Assembly: GCA_964389155.1 (NCBI GenBank)
Contig: CAYMCN010000002.1
Location: forward strand, 1 to 25,809
DNA length: 25,809 nucleotides
Source: Candidatus Woesearchaeota archaeon
GTDB taxonomy: Archaea; Nanobdellota; Nanobdellia; Pacearchaeales; GW2011-AR1
Direction: 5' to 3'
The notes beneath the pieces are model-generated. The model was given only the letters and a program-made list of their open reading frames with translations, did not search any database and was not told the origin of the DNA. This document shows, piece after piece, positions 17,717 through 25,621 of the stretch. Positions within the stretch are counted from its first letter, which is position 1; each line of letters opens with the position of its first letter. A program made the position numbers and the translations under genes.

Positions 17717-18811
17717 ATGAAAAATAAATTAAAAGTTCTTGTTGCAATGTCTGGAGGGGTAGATTCAAGTGTAGCTGCATTATTAATGAAAAAAAAAGGA
17801 TATGAAGTCTTAGGTGTCTTTATTAAAAGTTGGAGCAACACAAAAAATCCAAATGAATGTGACTGGAAAAAAGAAAGAAAAGTTGCAATGAAAATTGCTG
17901 CAAAATTAGAAATTCCTTTAATAACTTTAGATTTTGAAAAACAATATAGAAAAAAAGTTATAGAAAAAATGTTTAAAGATTACAAAAAAGGTATAACCCC
18001 TAACCCAGATATTGATTGCAATCAAAAAGTAAAATTTCCTTTATTAATAAAGGCGGCTAAGAAATTTAATATAGATTATGTTGTTACAGGACATTATAGT
18101 AAAATAAAAAAGAAAAAAAATAATTACGAACTTTTAAGAGCACATGATGAAACAAAAGATCAATCATATTTTTTATATAGGATAAAACAAAATGAGTTAA
18201 AACATTTGATTTTTCCTATAGGAGATTACACAAAAAAACAAGTTAGGGAAATTGCAAAAAAAAATAAATTTCTTAATTTTGATAAAAAATCAACTGTTGG
18301 AATTTGTTTTATTGGAAAAGTTAATTTAAAAGAATTTTTACAGAAAAAAATTAAGGCAAAAAAAGGAAAAATTTTTGATCCAAAAGGAAATATTATTGGA
18401 GAACATGATGGAATTTATTATTATACTATTGGACAGAGATTAGGCCTAAGATATGGAATTGAAATTGAAAAACAAAATGATGATAAAAAACAACTAAAAA
18501 GATGGTATGTTGCAAGAAAAAATTCAAGAAAAAATGAAATTATTTTAGCTCCAGAAGGACATAAATTACTTTTTAGGAAAGAAATTTATATTAAAAATCC
18601 TCACTGGATAACTGAAGAGCCAAAAACTAAAAAAGTTCACGCAAGAATAAGACAAGTAGGAGAACTACTTTCTTCAAAATTGAGTTATGACTATAGAAAG
18701 AAAAGATTCAAAGTTGTTTTAAATAAACCTATTACAGGTGTTTCAGAAGGGCAGGCAATTGTTCTTTATCAAGGGAAAAAAGTTTTAGGCGGTGGAGAAA
18801 TTAGATTTTAA
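17717..18811 (+). CDS. mnmA: tRNA-specific 2-thiouridylase MnmA (bacterial type)
   Basis: PP-loop VLVAMSGGVDSS, catalytic Cys contexts TPNPDIDCNQKVKF and STVGICFIG, plus KDQSYFL and YTIGQRLGL. The track start at 17672 is a TTG directly abutting the tbp stop, so the ATG at 17717 (MKNKLKVLV) is preferred. Confidence 0.85.
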   Translation: MKNKLKVLVAMSGGVDSSVAALLMKKKGYEVLGVFIKSWSNTKNPNECDWKKERKVAMKIAAKLEIPLITLDFEKQYRKKVIEKMFKDYKKGITPNPDIDCNQKVKFPLLIKAAKKFNIDYVVTGHYSKIKKKKNNYELLRAHDETKDQSYFLYRIKQNELKHLIFPIGDYTKKQVREIAKKNKFLNFDKKSTVGICFIGKVNLKEFLQKKIKAKKGKIFDPKGNIIGEHDGIYYYTIGQRLGLRYGIEIEKQNDDKKQLKRWYVARKNSRKNEIILAPEGHKLLFRKEIYIKNPHWITEEPKTKKVHARIRQVGELLSSKLSYDYRKKRFKVVLNKPITGVSEGQAIVLYQGKKVLGGGEIRF

Positions 18812-18857
18812 ATAATTTTAACGTTAAATTTATATAATTGTAAACAATTATTGTATT

Positions 18858-19127
18858 ATGGATTTGGAAAACCCTTTGAAGATTGCAAAAGAAATAAAAA
18901 GATTTAATGATAATGCAAAATATTTTAACCGCAATTATTCAGGATTAAAAAAACAACATCCTGATGAGTATGTTGCAATACATCGCCAAAAAGTAATAGG
19001 ACATGGAAGAGACATTTCTCAATTGGTTAGAGATTTAAGAGAAGAAGGAATTGACACAGGAGAAGTATTTATTGAAAGAACTTACTTTAAAGAAGAAGAG
19101 CCAACTTTAATTCTTGCTGCTGCCTAA
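18858..19127 (+). CDS. Small hypothetical protein (possibly DUF5678-like)
   Basis: 89 aa. The pattern HPDEYVAIHRQKVIGHGRDISQLVRDLREEG resembles small archaeal proteins of the ...WVAI.dgkVv.hg.dl.el... type. This is recollection only. Confidence 0.4.
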   Translation: MDLENPLKIAKEIKRFNDNAKYFNRNYSGLKKQHPDEYVAIHRQKVIGHGRDISQLVRDLREEGIDTGEVFIERTYFKEEEPTLILAAA

Positions 19128-19168
19128 AAAATAACTAATTTTAAAAACATAATTCTCTTGTTTAAATT

Positions 19169-19702
19169 ATGGATTTAGACAAAGCAATTAAATCAAGAAA
19201 AAGTGTAAAAAAATTCAAAGGCAAAAAGCCAGATTGGAGAGAAATTATTGAGTGTATTGATTCTATGAGGTATGCTTCAATGGCTGGAGATAATTACAGC
19301 CTAAAATTAATTTTAGTTGATAATAAAGAAAAAATCCAAAAAATTACAGATGCAACACAACAACCATTTATTTCTCAAGCACATTATGTCTTAGTTGTAT
19401 GTTCAATTCCTTCAAGAACAATAAACTCTTTTGGAGAAAAAGGTGAAATTTATTTAAGACAACAAGCAGGAGCAGCAATACAAAATTTCTTATTAAAATT
19501 AGAAGAATTTAAACTATCAACATGTTGGATAAGGCTTTTTGTTGAAGAACAAATAAAAAGAGAATTAAAAATATCCGGAGCAAATGTGGAAGCACTTTTT
19601 CCAATAGGTTATGAATTTGAAAAATCAAAACCAAGAAAAAAAATAGAATTAGATGAAATTCTATATTTTAATAAATATAAAAATAAAAAAATGAAGAAAT
19701 AA
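19169..19702 (+). CDS. Nitroreductase-family protein
   Basis: 177 aa. The N-terminal AIKSRKSVKKFKGKKPDWREI and the later QQAGAAIQNFLL and CWI pattern are typical of the NADH oxidase/nitroreductase fold. Confidence 0.75.
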   Translation: MDLDKAIKSRKSVKKFKGKKPDWREIIECIDSMRYASMAGDNYSLKLILVDNKEKIQKITDATQQPFISQAHYVLVVCSIPSRTINSFGEKGEIYLRQQAGAAIQNFLLKLEEFKLSTCWIRLFVEEQIKRELKISGANVEALFPIGYEFEKSKPRKKIELDEILYFNKYKNKKMKK

Positions 19703-19725
19703 AGAAAAAAAAATAAAAAATAAAA

Positions 19726-20805
19726 TTATTCCCACACTTGTATGCCTAAGTCTGATACTTCTTTAGAGACAGGATATGCTTGTTCTTCTGATACTTTTCC
19801 AATAATGTAAGGTGATTTAACACCTGTCATAATTGTTATAACTCTTACCTTATTTACAAACTCCTTGTCAATTCTCGCGCCAATTATTACTTGTGCTTCT
19901 GGATTTAAATTTTCTGAAACTGTTCTTCCAATTACATCAAATTCTTCCAACTTTAAGTCAGGTCCACAAGTTATGTGTATCAAAGCTCCGTTAGCACCCT
20001 TATAATCTACATCAAGCAAAGGATGTGATAACGCTTGTTGTACTGCCTCATTAACTTTATCTTGTGTTTCTGATTCACCAATACCAATAACTGCAACTCC
20101 ACCATTTCTCATGATGGTTGAAACATCTGCATAATCTAAGTTAATCAAACTTGGTAATGTTATTGTCTCAACAATTCCTTTGATCATTGTGCTTATCAAC
20201 TCATTAGCAACAGCAAATGCTTGTTCAATTGGTAATTGTCCTGCAATATCCACAAGTCTGTTATTATCAAGAACAATGGTTGTATCTGTTACTTCTCTTA
20301 GTTCTTGTAATCCAAATTCTGCTTTGTCAATTCTTGCTTTTTCTGCTTCAAAGGGCATTGTAACAACACCAATAACAATTGCGCCAGTTTCTTTAGCTAA
20401 TTGTGCAATTACGGGTGCAGCTCCTGTTCCAGTTCCACCACCCATACCTGAGCAAATAAAAACCATGTCTGCTCCTGTAAGAGTTTTCTTAATTTCTGAA
20501 ATTGATTCTTTTGCAGCTTCTCTTCCTTGTTGTGGCTTTCCACCTGCGCCCAAACCCCGTGTTAGCTCCTTTCCTATTAGAAGCTTTTCGTCTGCTTTTG
20601 TAACGCTTAAATGAAGTGCATCAGTATTAGTCGCATAAATTGTAGCTCCAGTGATTCCTTTATTATAAAGCCAAGTTATAGAATTGCATCCACAACCACC
20701 AACACCATAAATTTTAATGTTAGCTTTACCAGCTTTTAACTCTTCAAAGTTAATGCTATGTGTTTCTGTATTTTCTATTGCCTCTCTTGCAAAGTCTAAT
20801 GCCAT
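19726..20805 (-). CDS. ftsZ: Cell division protein FtsZ
   Basis: 359 aa. Contains VGGCGCNS, NTDALHL, GLGAGGKPQQG and the tubulin signature GMGGGTGTGAAPVIA. Confidence 0.93.
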   Translation of the reverse strand: MALDFAREAIENTETHSINFEELKAGKANIKIYGVGGCGCNSITWLYNKGITGATIYATNTDALHLSVTKADEKLLIGKELTRGLGAGGKPQQGREAAKESISEIKKTLTGADMVFICSGMGGGTGTGAAPVIAQLAKETGAIVIGVVTMPFEAEKARIDKAEFGLQELREVTDTTIVLDNNRLVDIAGQLPIEQAFAVANELISTMIKGIVETITLPSLINLDYADVSTIMRNGGVAVIGIGESETQDKVNEAVQQALSHPLLDVDYKGANGALIHITCGPDLKLEEFDVIGRTVSENLNPEAQVIIGARIDKEFVNKVRVITIMTGVKSPYIIGKVSEEQAYPVSKEVSDLGIQVWE

Positions 20806-20812
20806 TTTTTTT

Positions 20813-20817
20813 CCTCC
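20813..20817 (-). promoter_or_regulatory. Shine-Dalgarno sequence of ftsZ
   Basis: The minus strand reads AAAGGAGGAAAAAAAATG, with GGAGG 7 nt before the ATG. Most other genes here show no comparable SD and look leaderless. Confidence 0.5.
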
Positions 20818-20869
20818 TTTTTCATTTTAATTTTTTCTGAACTAAATTCAGACTTGTGAAGAGTATTAA

Positions 20870-20896
20870 TTTAAACCTCTCTCCGAAAGGTTTAAA
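20870..20896. repeat. Perfect 9-bp inverted repeat (TTTAAACCT n9 AGGTTTAAA) upstream of ftsZ
   Basis: Read directly from the sequence. The flanks (GTGAAGAGTAT / ATCTCATACTTCCCAC) extend the symmetry imperfectly. A second 5-bp hairpin, CTGAA-CTAAA-TTCAG, lies at 20837-20851. Confidence 0.4.
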
Positions 20897-21075
20897 TATA
20901 TCTCATACTTCCCACTAATTAAATAAGAATTTACCTCATACAAACAATTAATTTATTCAAACCGCCAAGTAGAATAAATCAATATAAAAAAATTAAGATT
21001 TCTGTGTTTAAAAATATTTTGCTTGTTTAAAAGATATTTTTAGTTAACCATTTCTTCAAAATATATCTTGTATTT

Positions 21076-21750
21076 TCACTCTTTATCTAAAATTTTTGCA
21101 TTTATTCCTTCTTCCTTACAAAAATCAACAAATTCTTGAGCATCTTCTTCAGTACCAACAATTGAACCCCAATGCATTGGAATAGCCAGAGTTGGTTTAA
21201 GAATCTTAACAGCTTCTATAGCTTCTTCAGGGTTCATAACAAATCTTCCACTTACAGGCAACAAAGCAACAAATTCTTTTCCAGGCTGTTTATAACCTGT
21301 AAGTTTTTGCATTTCAGGCATCACATCACAATCTCCAGCATGATAAATCACAACTCCATTCATTTTAATTAAATAACCTACCCAATGCTCTTCTTTAGAG
21401 TGAAAATGCTTATCTGTATTATAAGCTGGAACCGTCAAAAGTTTAATATTTCCCAAATCCAATTCTTGATCGGGCTCAACAATTTCTAATTGAATTGGTA
21501 CATTAAACTTAGTTATTTTACTTTGACAATCAGCAGTGGCAATAATTTTAGTTCCTTCTTTTATAATTTTTTCAATATCAGCAACACTACAATGATCATA
21601 ATGACCATGTGTAATTAAAATTAAATCAGCTTTCTCTGAATCATTAGAAATATTATAAGGATCAATATAAATATTTTTTTTAGTATCTAAATTTTTAATT
21701 AAAAATCCATCATGACCAAGCCATTTAATTTCTATATTACCTATTTCCAT
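21076..21750 (-). CDS. Metallo-beta-lactamase-fold metal-dependent hydrolase (UPF0173-like)
   Basis: 224 aa. WLGHDGFLI, LILITHGHYDHCS (HxHxDH), and later H and D ligand positions (YHAGDCD, IPMHWG). Confidence 0.85.
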   Translation of the reverse strand: MEIGNIEIKWLGHDGFLIKNLDTKKNIYIDPYNISNDSEKADLILITHGHYDHCSVADIEKIIKEGTKIIATADCQSKITKFNVPIQLEIVEPDQELDLGNIKLLTVPAYNTDKHFHSKEEHWVGYLIKMNGVVIYHAGDCDVMPEMQKLTGYKQPGKEFVALLPVSGRFVMNPEEAIEAVKILKPTLAIPMHWGSIVGTEEDAQEFVDFCKEEGINAKILDKE

Positions 21751-21959
21751 AAAATTAGGAAAATTGCAATGATTTTAAAGTTTTTCTAAATTTTTAAATA
21801 AACTCAAAAAGAAAAACATTTAAACTAAAATTGATTTAATATTTAATAGAAAAAAATCAGAAAATAGTTTTATATTTATTTGCAGCTTATTTAATAATTA
21901 GTGTATTATCATCTTACTTTATACAATCAGGTATAATTCTTACAATCTTTGGTTTAATC

Positions 21960-22121
21960 ATGTTGGGAATAATAATTACAGGTATAATTTTTTCTACTAA
22001 AGTCATTAAAGAACAAAAATTAGGCTTTGGGATACCTTTTTTGATTATATTCATAATTTTATTATTAATATGGATTGGAGGTTTTTTAATAGGATTTTTA
22101 AAACCTATTTTTGGATCATAA
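21960..22121 (+). CDS. Possible small membrane protein (53 aa from ATG; below the ORF-track length cutoff)
   Basis: Own translation: MLGIIITGIIFSTKVIKEQKLGFGIPFLIIFIILLLIWIGGFLIGFLKPIFGS*. It has two hydrophobic helices separated by a basic loop. The frame stays open and hydrophobic for 40 more codons upstream but has no ATG/GTG/TTG there. Confidence 0.35.
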   Translation: MLGIIITGIIFSTKVIKEQKLGFGIPFLIIFIILLLIWIGGFLIGFLKPIFGS

Positions 22122-22135
22122 CATTCTAAATTTTT

Positions 22136-22633
22136 CTAAAAATTATTTTTACTCCATTCACCCATATTCCCTGTTTTCAATTTCTTGTCTAGAATTTCTA
22201 ACTCTTCATAAATCCCATCAATTAACTCATAATTTTTAGCTTCTTCTAAGGAAACCCATTTATATTCTGTGAGAGCATTACAAAGTCTTACTTCACTTTC
22301 TTTAGCTTTGGCATAAAGACTTACAATTAAACAAGGAATTTTATCTGGCCTTATATAAACCATACTTGTAACATAACCAATGTCTTCAATTTCAAGCCCA
22401 ACTTCTTCTTTAACTTCTCTTTTTAACAAATCTTCAAAAACATTATACCAATGGCTAGGAGTATCTTTCTCTCTAAGAACATAATCCAAGACTTCAAATT
22501 TACCTCCTGGAACAGTCCATTTTCTTGGAAATGCCTTTTCCCACTCTGCTCTTTTTGCGATAAGAAATTTTCCTTCTTTGTTAACTAAAATCCCAGTAAC
22601 AACAACATAATGCATCAAATTTTTATCAGGCAT
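22136..22633 (-). CDS. Nudix hydrolase
   Basis: Nudix core REVKEEVGL (REUxEExGU) is preceded by VPGGKFE, with a roughly 15-residue insertion inside the box. The track start at 22648 is a TTG, so the ATG at 22633 (MPDKNLMHYVVV) is preferred. Confidence 0.8.
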   Translation of the reverse strand: MPDKNLMHYVVVTGILVNKEGKFLIAKRAEWEKAFPRKWTVPGGKFEVLDYVLREKDTPSHWYNVFEDLLKREVKEEVGLEIEDIGYVTSMVYIRPDKIPCLIVSLYAKAKESEVRLCNALTEYKWVSLEEAKNYELIDGIYEELEILDKKLKTGNMGEWSKNNF

Positions 22634-22646
22634 GAAAAAACTCAAC

Positions 22647-22664
22647 AATAATTATATTTAAAAA
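22647..22664. promoter_or_regulatory. Candidate shared (bidirectional) TATA region for the divergent Nudix / wHTH-Nudix genes
   Basis: The pure A/T run AATAATTATATTTAAAA lies about 24 nt from the minus-strand ATG (22633) and about 29 nt from the plus-strand ATG (22686). Only 52 nt separate the two start codons. Confidence 0.3.
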
Positions 22665-22685
22665 CTTCCTCAAAAAAGTTGACTT

Positions 22686-23288
22686 ATGGAGAATAAAATA
22701 ATTTCCAGATTTCTCTATAACGATAAATTAAAATTCAGTGAGATAGAGAAAGCTCTAAATGAAAGATCAAATAAAATAGCATATCACATAAAGAATCTTG
22801 TCAAAAAAGATATTTTAGTAAAAGAAAAAGATTCATATAAACTATCTAAGGCAGCAGAAAACTTAATTCCTTATATCTCAACAAAAAAACATATGCTCCC
22901 TACTGTCTTGATTCATATTGGAAATGAGAAAGAATGTTTTATTATAGAAAGAAAGAAAAAACCATTCAAAGGACTTCTTGGATTACCAGGAGGAAGAATC
23001 ATATTAAAAGAGAATATTTCTGATTCTGTTAAAAGAATAATGAAAGAAAAATATAATATTGAAGTGAAATTAAAAAAAATAAATTCTATCTCAATAGAAC
23101 ATATAAAAAATGATGAAGAAATTATTCAATCTGACTTGGTTATATTCATAACAGCGACAGCAAATAGAAATTTAAAACTTACAAATATAGAAGATAATAA
23201 GAAAAAGATAATAAAAAGTGATTATAAACTAATAAAAAGACATCTCAATAAAGAAGTAAAAATTGAAAGATTTTTAACTGCTAATTAA
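22686..23288 (+). CDS. Winged-helix (ArsR-like) DNA-binding domain fused to a degenerate Nudix domain; putative ligand-sensing regulator
   Basis: 200 aa. The N-terminus LKFSEIEKALNERSNKIAYHIKNLVKKDILVKEKDSYKLS is ArsR/wHTH-like. The C-terminus LGLPGGRIILKENISDSVKRIMKEKYNI fits GX5EX7REUXEEXGU except RE->RI, EE->EK and G->N. Confidence 0.65.
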   Translation: MENKIISRFLYNDKLKFSEIEKALNERSNKIAYHIKNLVKKDILVKEKDSYKLSKAAENLIPYISTKKHMLPTVLIHIGNEKECFIIERKKKPFKGLLGLPGGRIILKENISDSVKRIMKEKYNIEVKLKKINSISIEHIKNDEEIIQSDLVIFITATANRNLKLTNIEDNKKKIIKSDYKLIKRHLNKEVKIERFLTAN

Positions 23289-24272
23289 TCATTCAATTAC
23301 TAATTCTCTCAATATCATAATAGTATAAACCAAAATCAGAGGCCCTATAATAAATCCAAAAATTCCAAATAAAGAAATCCCACCTAGAATTCCAACAAGC
23401 ATTATAAATGGGTTTATTTTTGCTTTTCCTCCAAGAATTTTTGTCCTTAAAACAGTGTCTACATATAAGCTTAATATTATTCCAACAATTATTACACCAG
23501 TCATTGTAAACCAATTACCAACAAAGAAATAGTAAAGAGCTAAAGGAACCCATACAACAGTAGGCCCTAATCCAGGAATAAATGCAAAGAAAAAGATCAA
23601 TGAAGGAAGTAAAAAGTATAAATTAACGCCTGAAAGAAAAAAGCCAATTCCTGAAACTGCAAATTCAATAATAGCTATAAGAAGTGAACCATAAACTATT
23701 CCTTTTGTAGAAACATTAAGTCCTTTTGATATTTTATTCTTATCTTTAAATGGAAGATAATGTCTAAGCTCATAAGCCAAAACATCCCACTCAATTAAAA
23801 TATAATAAATTCCAAATAATAAAACAATTAACGAAATAATTAATGAAGGAATATGTGAAACTGATGAAACAAGAAGAGATACTAAAAATAAAGTTCCTTT
23901 TTGGATTAATTCTCCAACATCAAAATTAAAATTTTCTATGAATGGTAACAAAGACAATTTATCAGAAAGAGAACTAATTGTCTCTCCTTCTATTAGAGCA
24001 TATGCTTGATTAGTTATGCCTCCTATTATTCCTCCTAATGGAAGAAAAATAAGCAATACAATTAATAAAATACAAGTAATTGCTGAAAGAGATTTACTTA
24101 ATTTAGAATTCATCTTTAAGTACAAAGGTCTTATAAGATAAGATAAAATAAATGCAGAAATCAGAATTATAAGATAAGGTTGAATTATTTTAAATGATAA
24201 AAATATCAAGATAAAAATTATTCCAAAAAAAAGATATTTTCTAAGCTCTTTTTTATCAGCTCTTATTTTCAT
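23289..24272 (-). CDS. AI-2E family (PerM/UPF0118) membrane transporter
   Basis: 327 aa with about 7-8 TM helices. The layout and the FIPGLGPTVVWVPLALYYF region resemble the AI-2E/PerM family. Its stop codon directly abuts the stop of the convergent gene. Confidence 0.7.
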   Translation of the reverse strand: MKIRADKKELRKYLFFGIIFILIFLSFKIIQPYLIILISAFILSYLIRPLYLKMNSKLSKSLSAITCILLIVLLIFLPLGGIIGGITNQAYALIEGETISSLSDKLSLLPFIENFNFDVGELIQKGTLFLVSLLVSSVSHIPSLIISLIVLLFGIYYILIEWDVLAYELRHYLPFKDKNKISKGLNVSTKGIVYGSLLIAIIEFAVSGIGFFLSGVNLYFLLPSLIFFFAFIPGLGPTVVWVPLALYYFFVGNWFTMTGVIIVGIILSLYVDTVLRTKILGGKAKINPFIMLVGILGGISLFGIFGFIIGPLILVYTIMILRELVIE

Positions 24273-24301
24273 ATTGTATTATATCAAAATAGATTTATAA
24301 A

Positions 24302-25621
24302 TTAATCATTTAATTTCTCAATGCTTCTTGCAATCTCTAATAATTTCTGCTCTTGAAATCTGTCACAAATTATCTGCATGCCAATAGGAACATTTTCAAT
24401 TTCACCACAAGGAATTGAAATAGCACAATTTCCAGCTAAATTTGAAGGGACTGTCAAAGTATCATAATTATACATTTCTTCAATAGAAATTTTTTCTCCA
24501 ATTTTATGTGGAAGTTTTGGAACTGTTGGAGAAATAATGCAATCAAATTTTTTAAAAGATTTTTCAAATTCTTCTTCAATTAATTTTTTAATTTTTAATG
24601 TTTGATAATAATATCTTCCGTGATATTCTGCCTTTGAAATTTCACTTCCCCCTAAAATCCTTCTTAAAACTTCTGGACCACAAGAATCTTCAATTTTTTT
24701 TCCATATTTTCTTCCATCAAACTTCCTTGTTCCTGAAAAGAATTCAACATAAACTAAAGGATAATAAGTTTCAACAGCTAAATTAATATAATTTAATTTA
24801 ATTTTCTTAACTTTCCATTTATATTTTTCAGAAGCAATTTTAATTTTCTCATCAATAATTTTTTGGATTCTTTTATCTTTAATTTCAAAATCCAAAATTC
24901 CAATAGTTATGTTTTTAGGAATTTTTTCAATTTCATTTAAATTTAATTTTTCTGAACTTTGACTTATTGAATCATTTTCATCTTTTCCAAAAATTACACT
25001 TAAAAGTAAACTAGCATCAATTACATTTTTAGCTAAAGGGCCTATTTGATCAAGAGACATTGACAGATCAATTAAACCATACCTTGAAACAGAAGAATAT
25101 GTTGGTTTTACTCCAACAACACTGCAATTATTAGCAGGAACTCTTATGCTTCCTCCCGTATCACTTCCTAAAGCAACATCACAAAAACCAGCAGAAACAG
25201 ATGCAGCGCTTCCAGAACTTGAACCACCTGGAATTAATTCCAAACTTTTAGGGTTTTTCGTAGGACCAAAGGCACTTGTCTCTCCACTACTTCCAGAAGC
25301 AAACTCATCGCAGTTTGTAATTCCAATAATTAATCCATCTTCTTCTCTAATTTTTTTTATAACTGTTGCATCATAAGTTGCTTTGTAATCCTCAAGAGTT
25401 TTAGAAGCACATGAAGCATTCAATTCCTTAACATTTATATTTGCCTTAACCGCAATAATTTTTCCAGCAAGTTTTCCTTTATTTTTTTTAGAATCAATTT
25501 TTTTAGCTTCTTCCAATGCATTTGGATTTAATTGCAAAAAAGCATTTATCTTATTTCCATTTTTATCATTTTTTTTAATTTCGGAAAGATAATTTTTGAG
25601 TTTTTGTTGAGTGTTTACCAT
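24302..25621 (-). CDS. gatA: Glutamyl/aspartyl-tRNA amidotransferase subunit A
   Basis: 439 aa. Amidase signature GGSSSGSAASVSAGF...GSDTGGSIRVPA, with an upstream gatC-like ORF overlapping it by ATGGTAA. Confidence 0.88.
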   Translation of the reverse strand: MVNTQQKLKNYLSEIKKNDKNGNKINAFLQLNPNALEEAKKIDSKKNKGKLAGKIIAVKANINVKELNASCASKTLEDYKATYDATVIKKIREEDGLIIGITNCDEFASGSSGETSAFGPTKNPKSLELIPGGSSSGSAASVSAGFCDVALGSDTGGSIRVPANNCSVVGVKPTYSSVSRYGLIDLSMSLDQIGPLAKNVIDASLLLSVIFGKDENDSISQSSEKLNLNEIEKIPKNITIGILDFEIKDKRIQKIIDEKIKIASEKYKWKVKKIKLNYINLAVETYYPLVYVEFFSGTRKFDGRKYGKKIEDSCGPEVLRRILGGSEISKAEYHGRYYYQTLKIKKLIEEEFEKSFKKFDCIISPTVPKLPHKIGEKISIEEMYNYDTLTVPSNLAGNCAISIPCGEIENVPIGMQIICDRFQEQKLLEIARSIEKLND

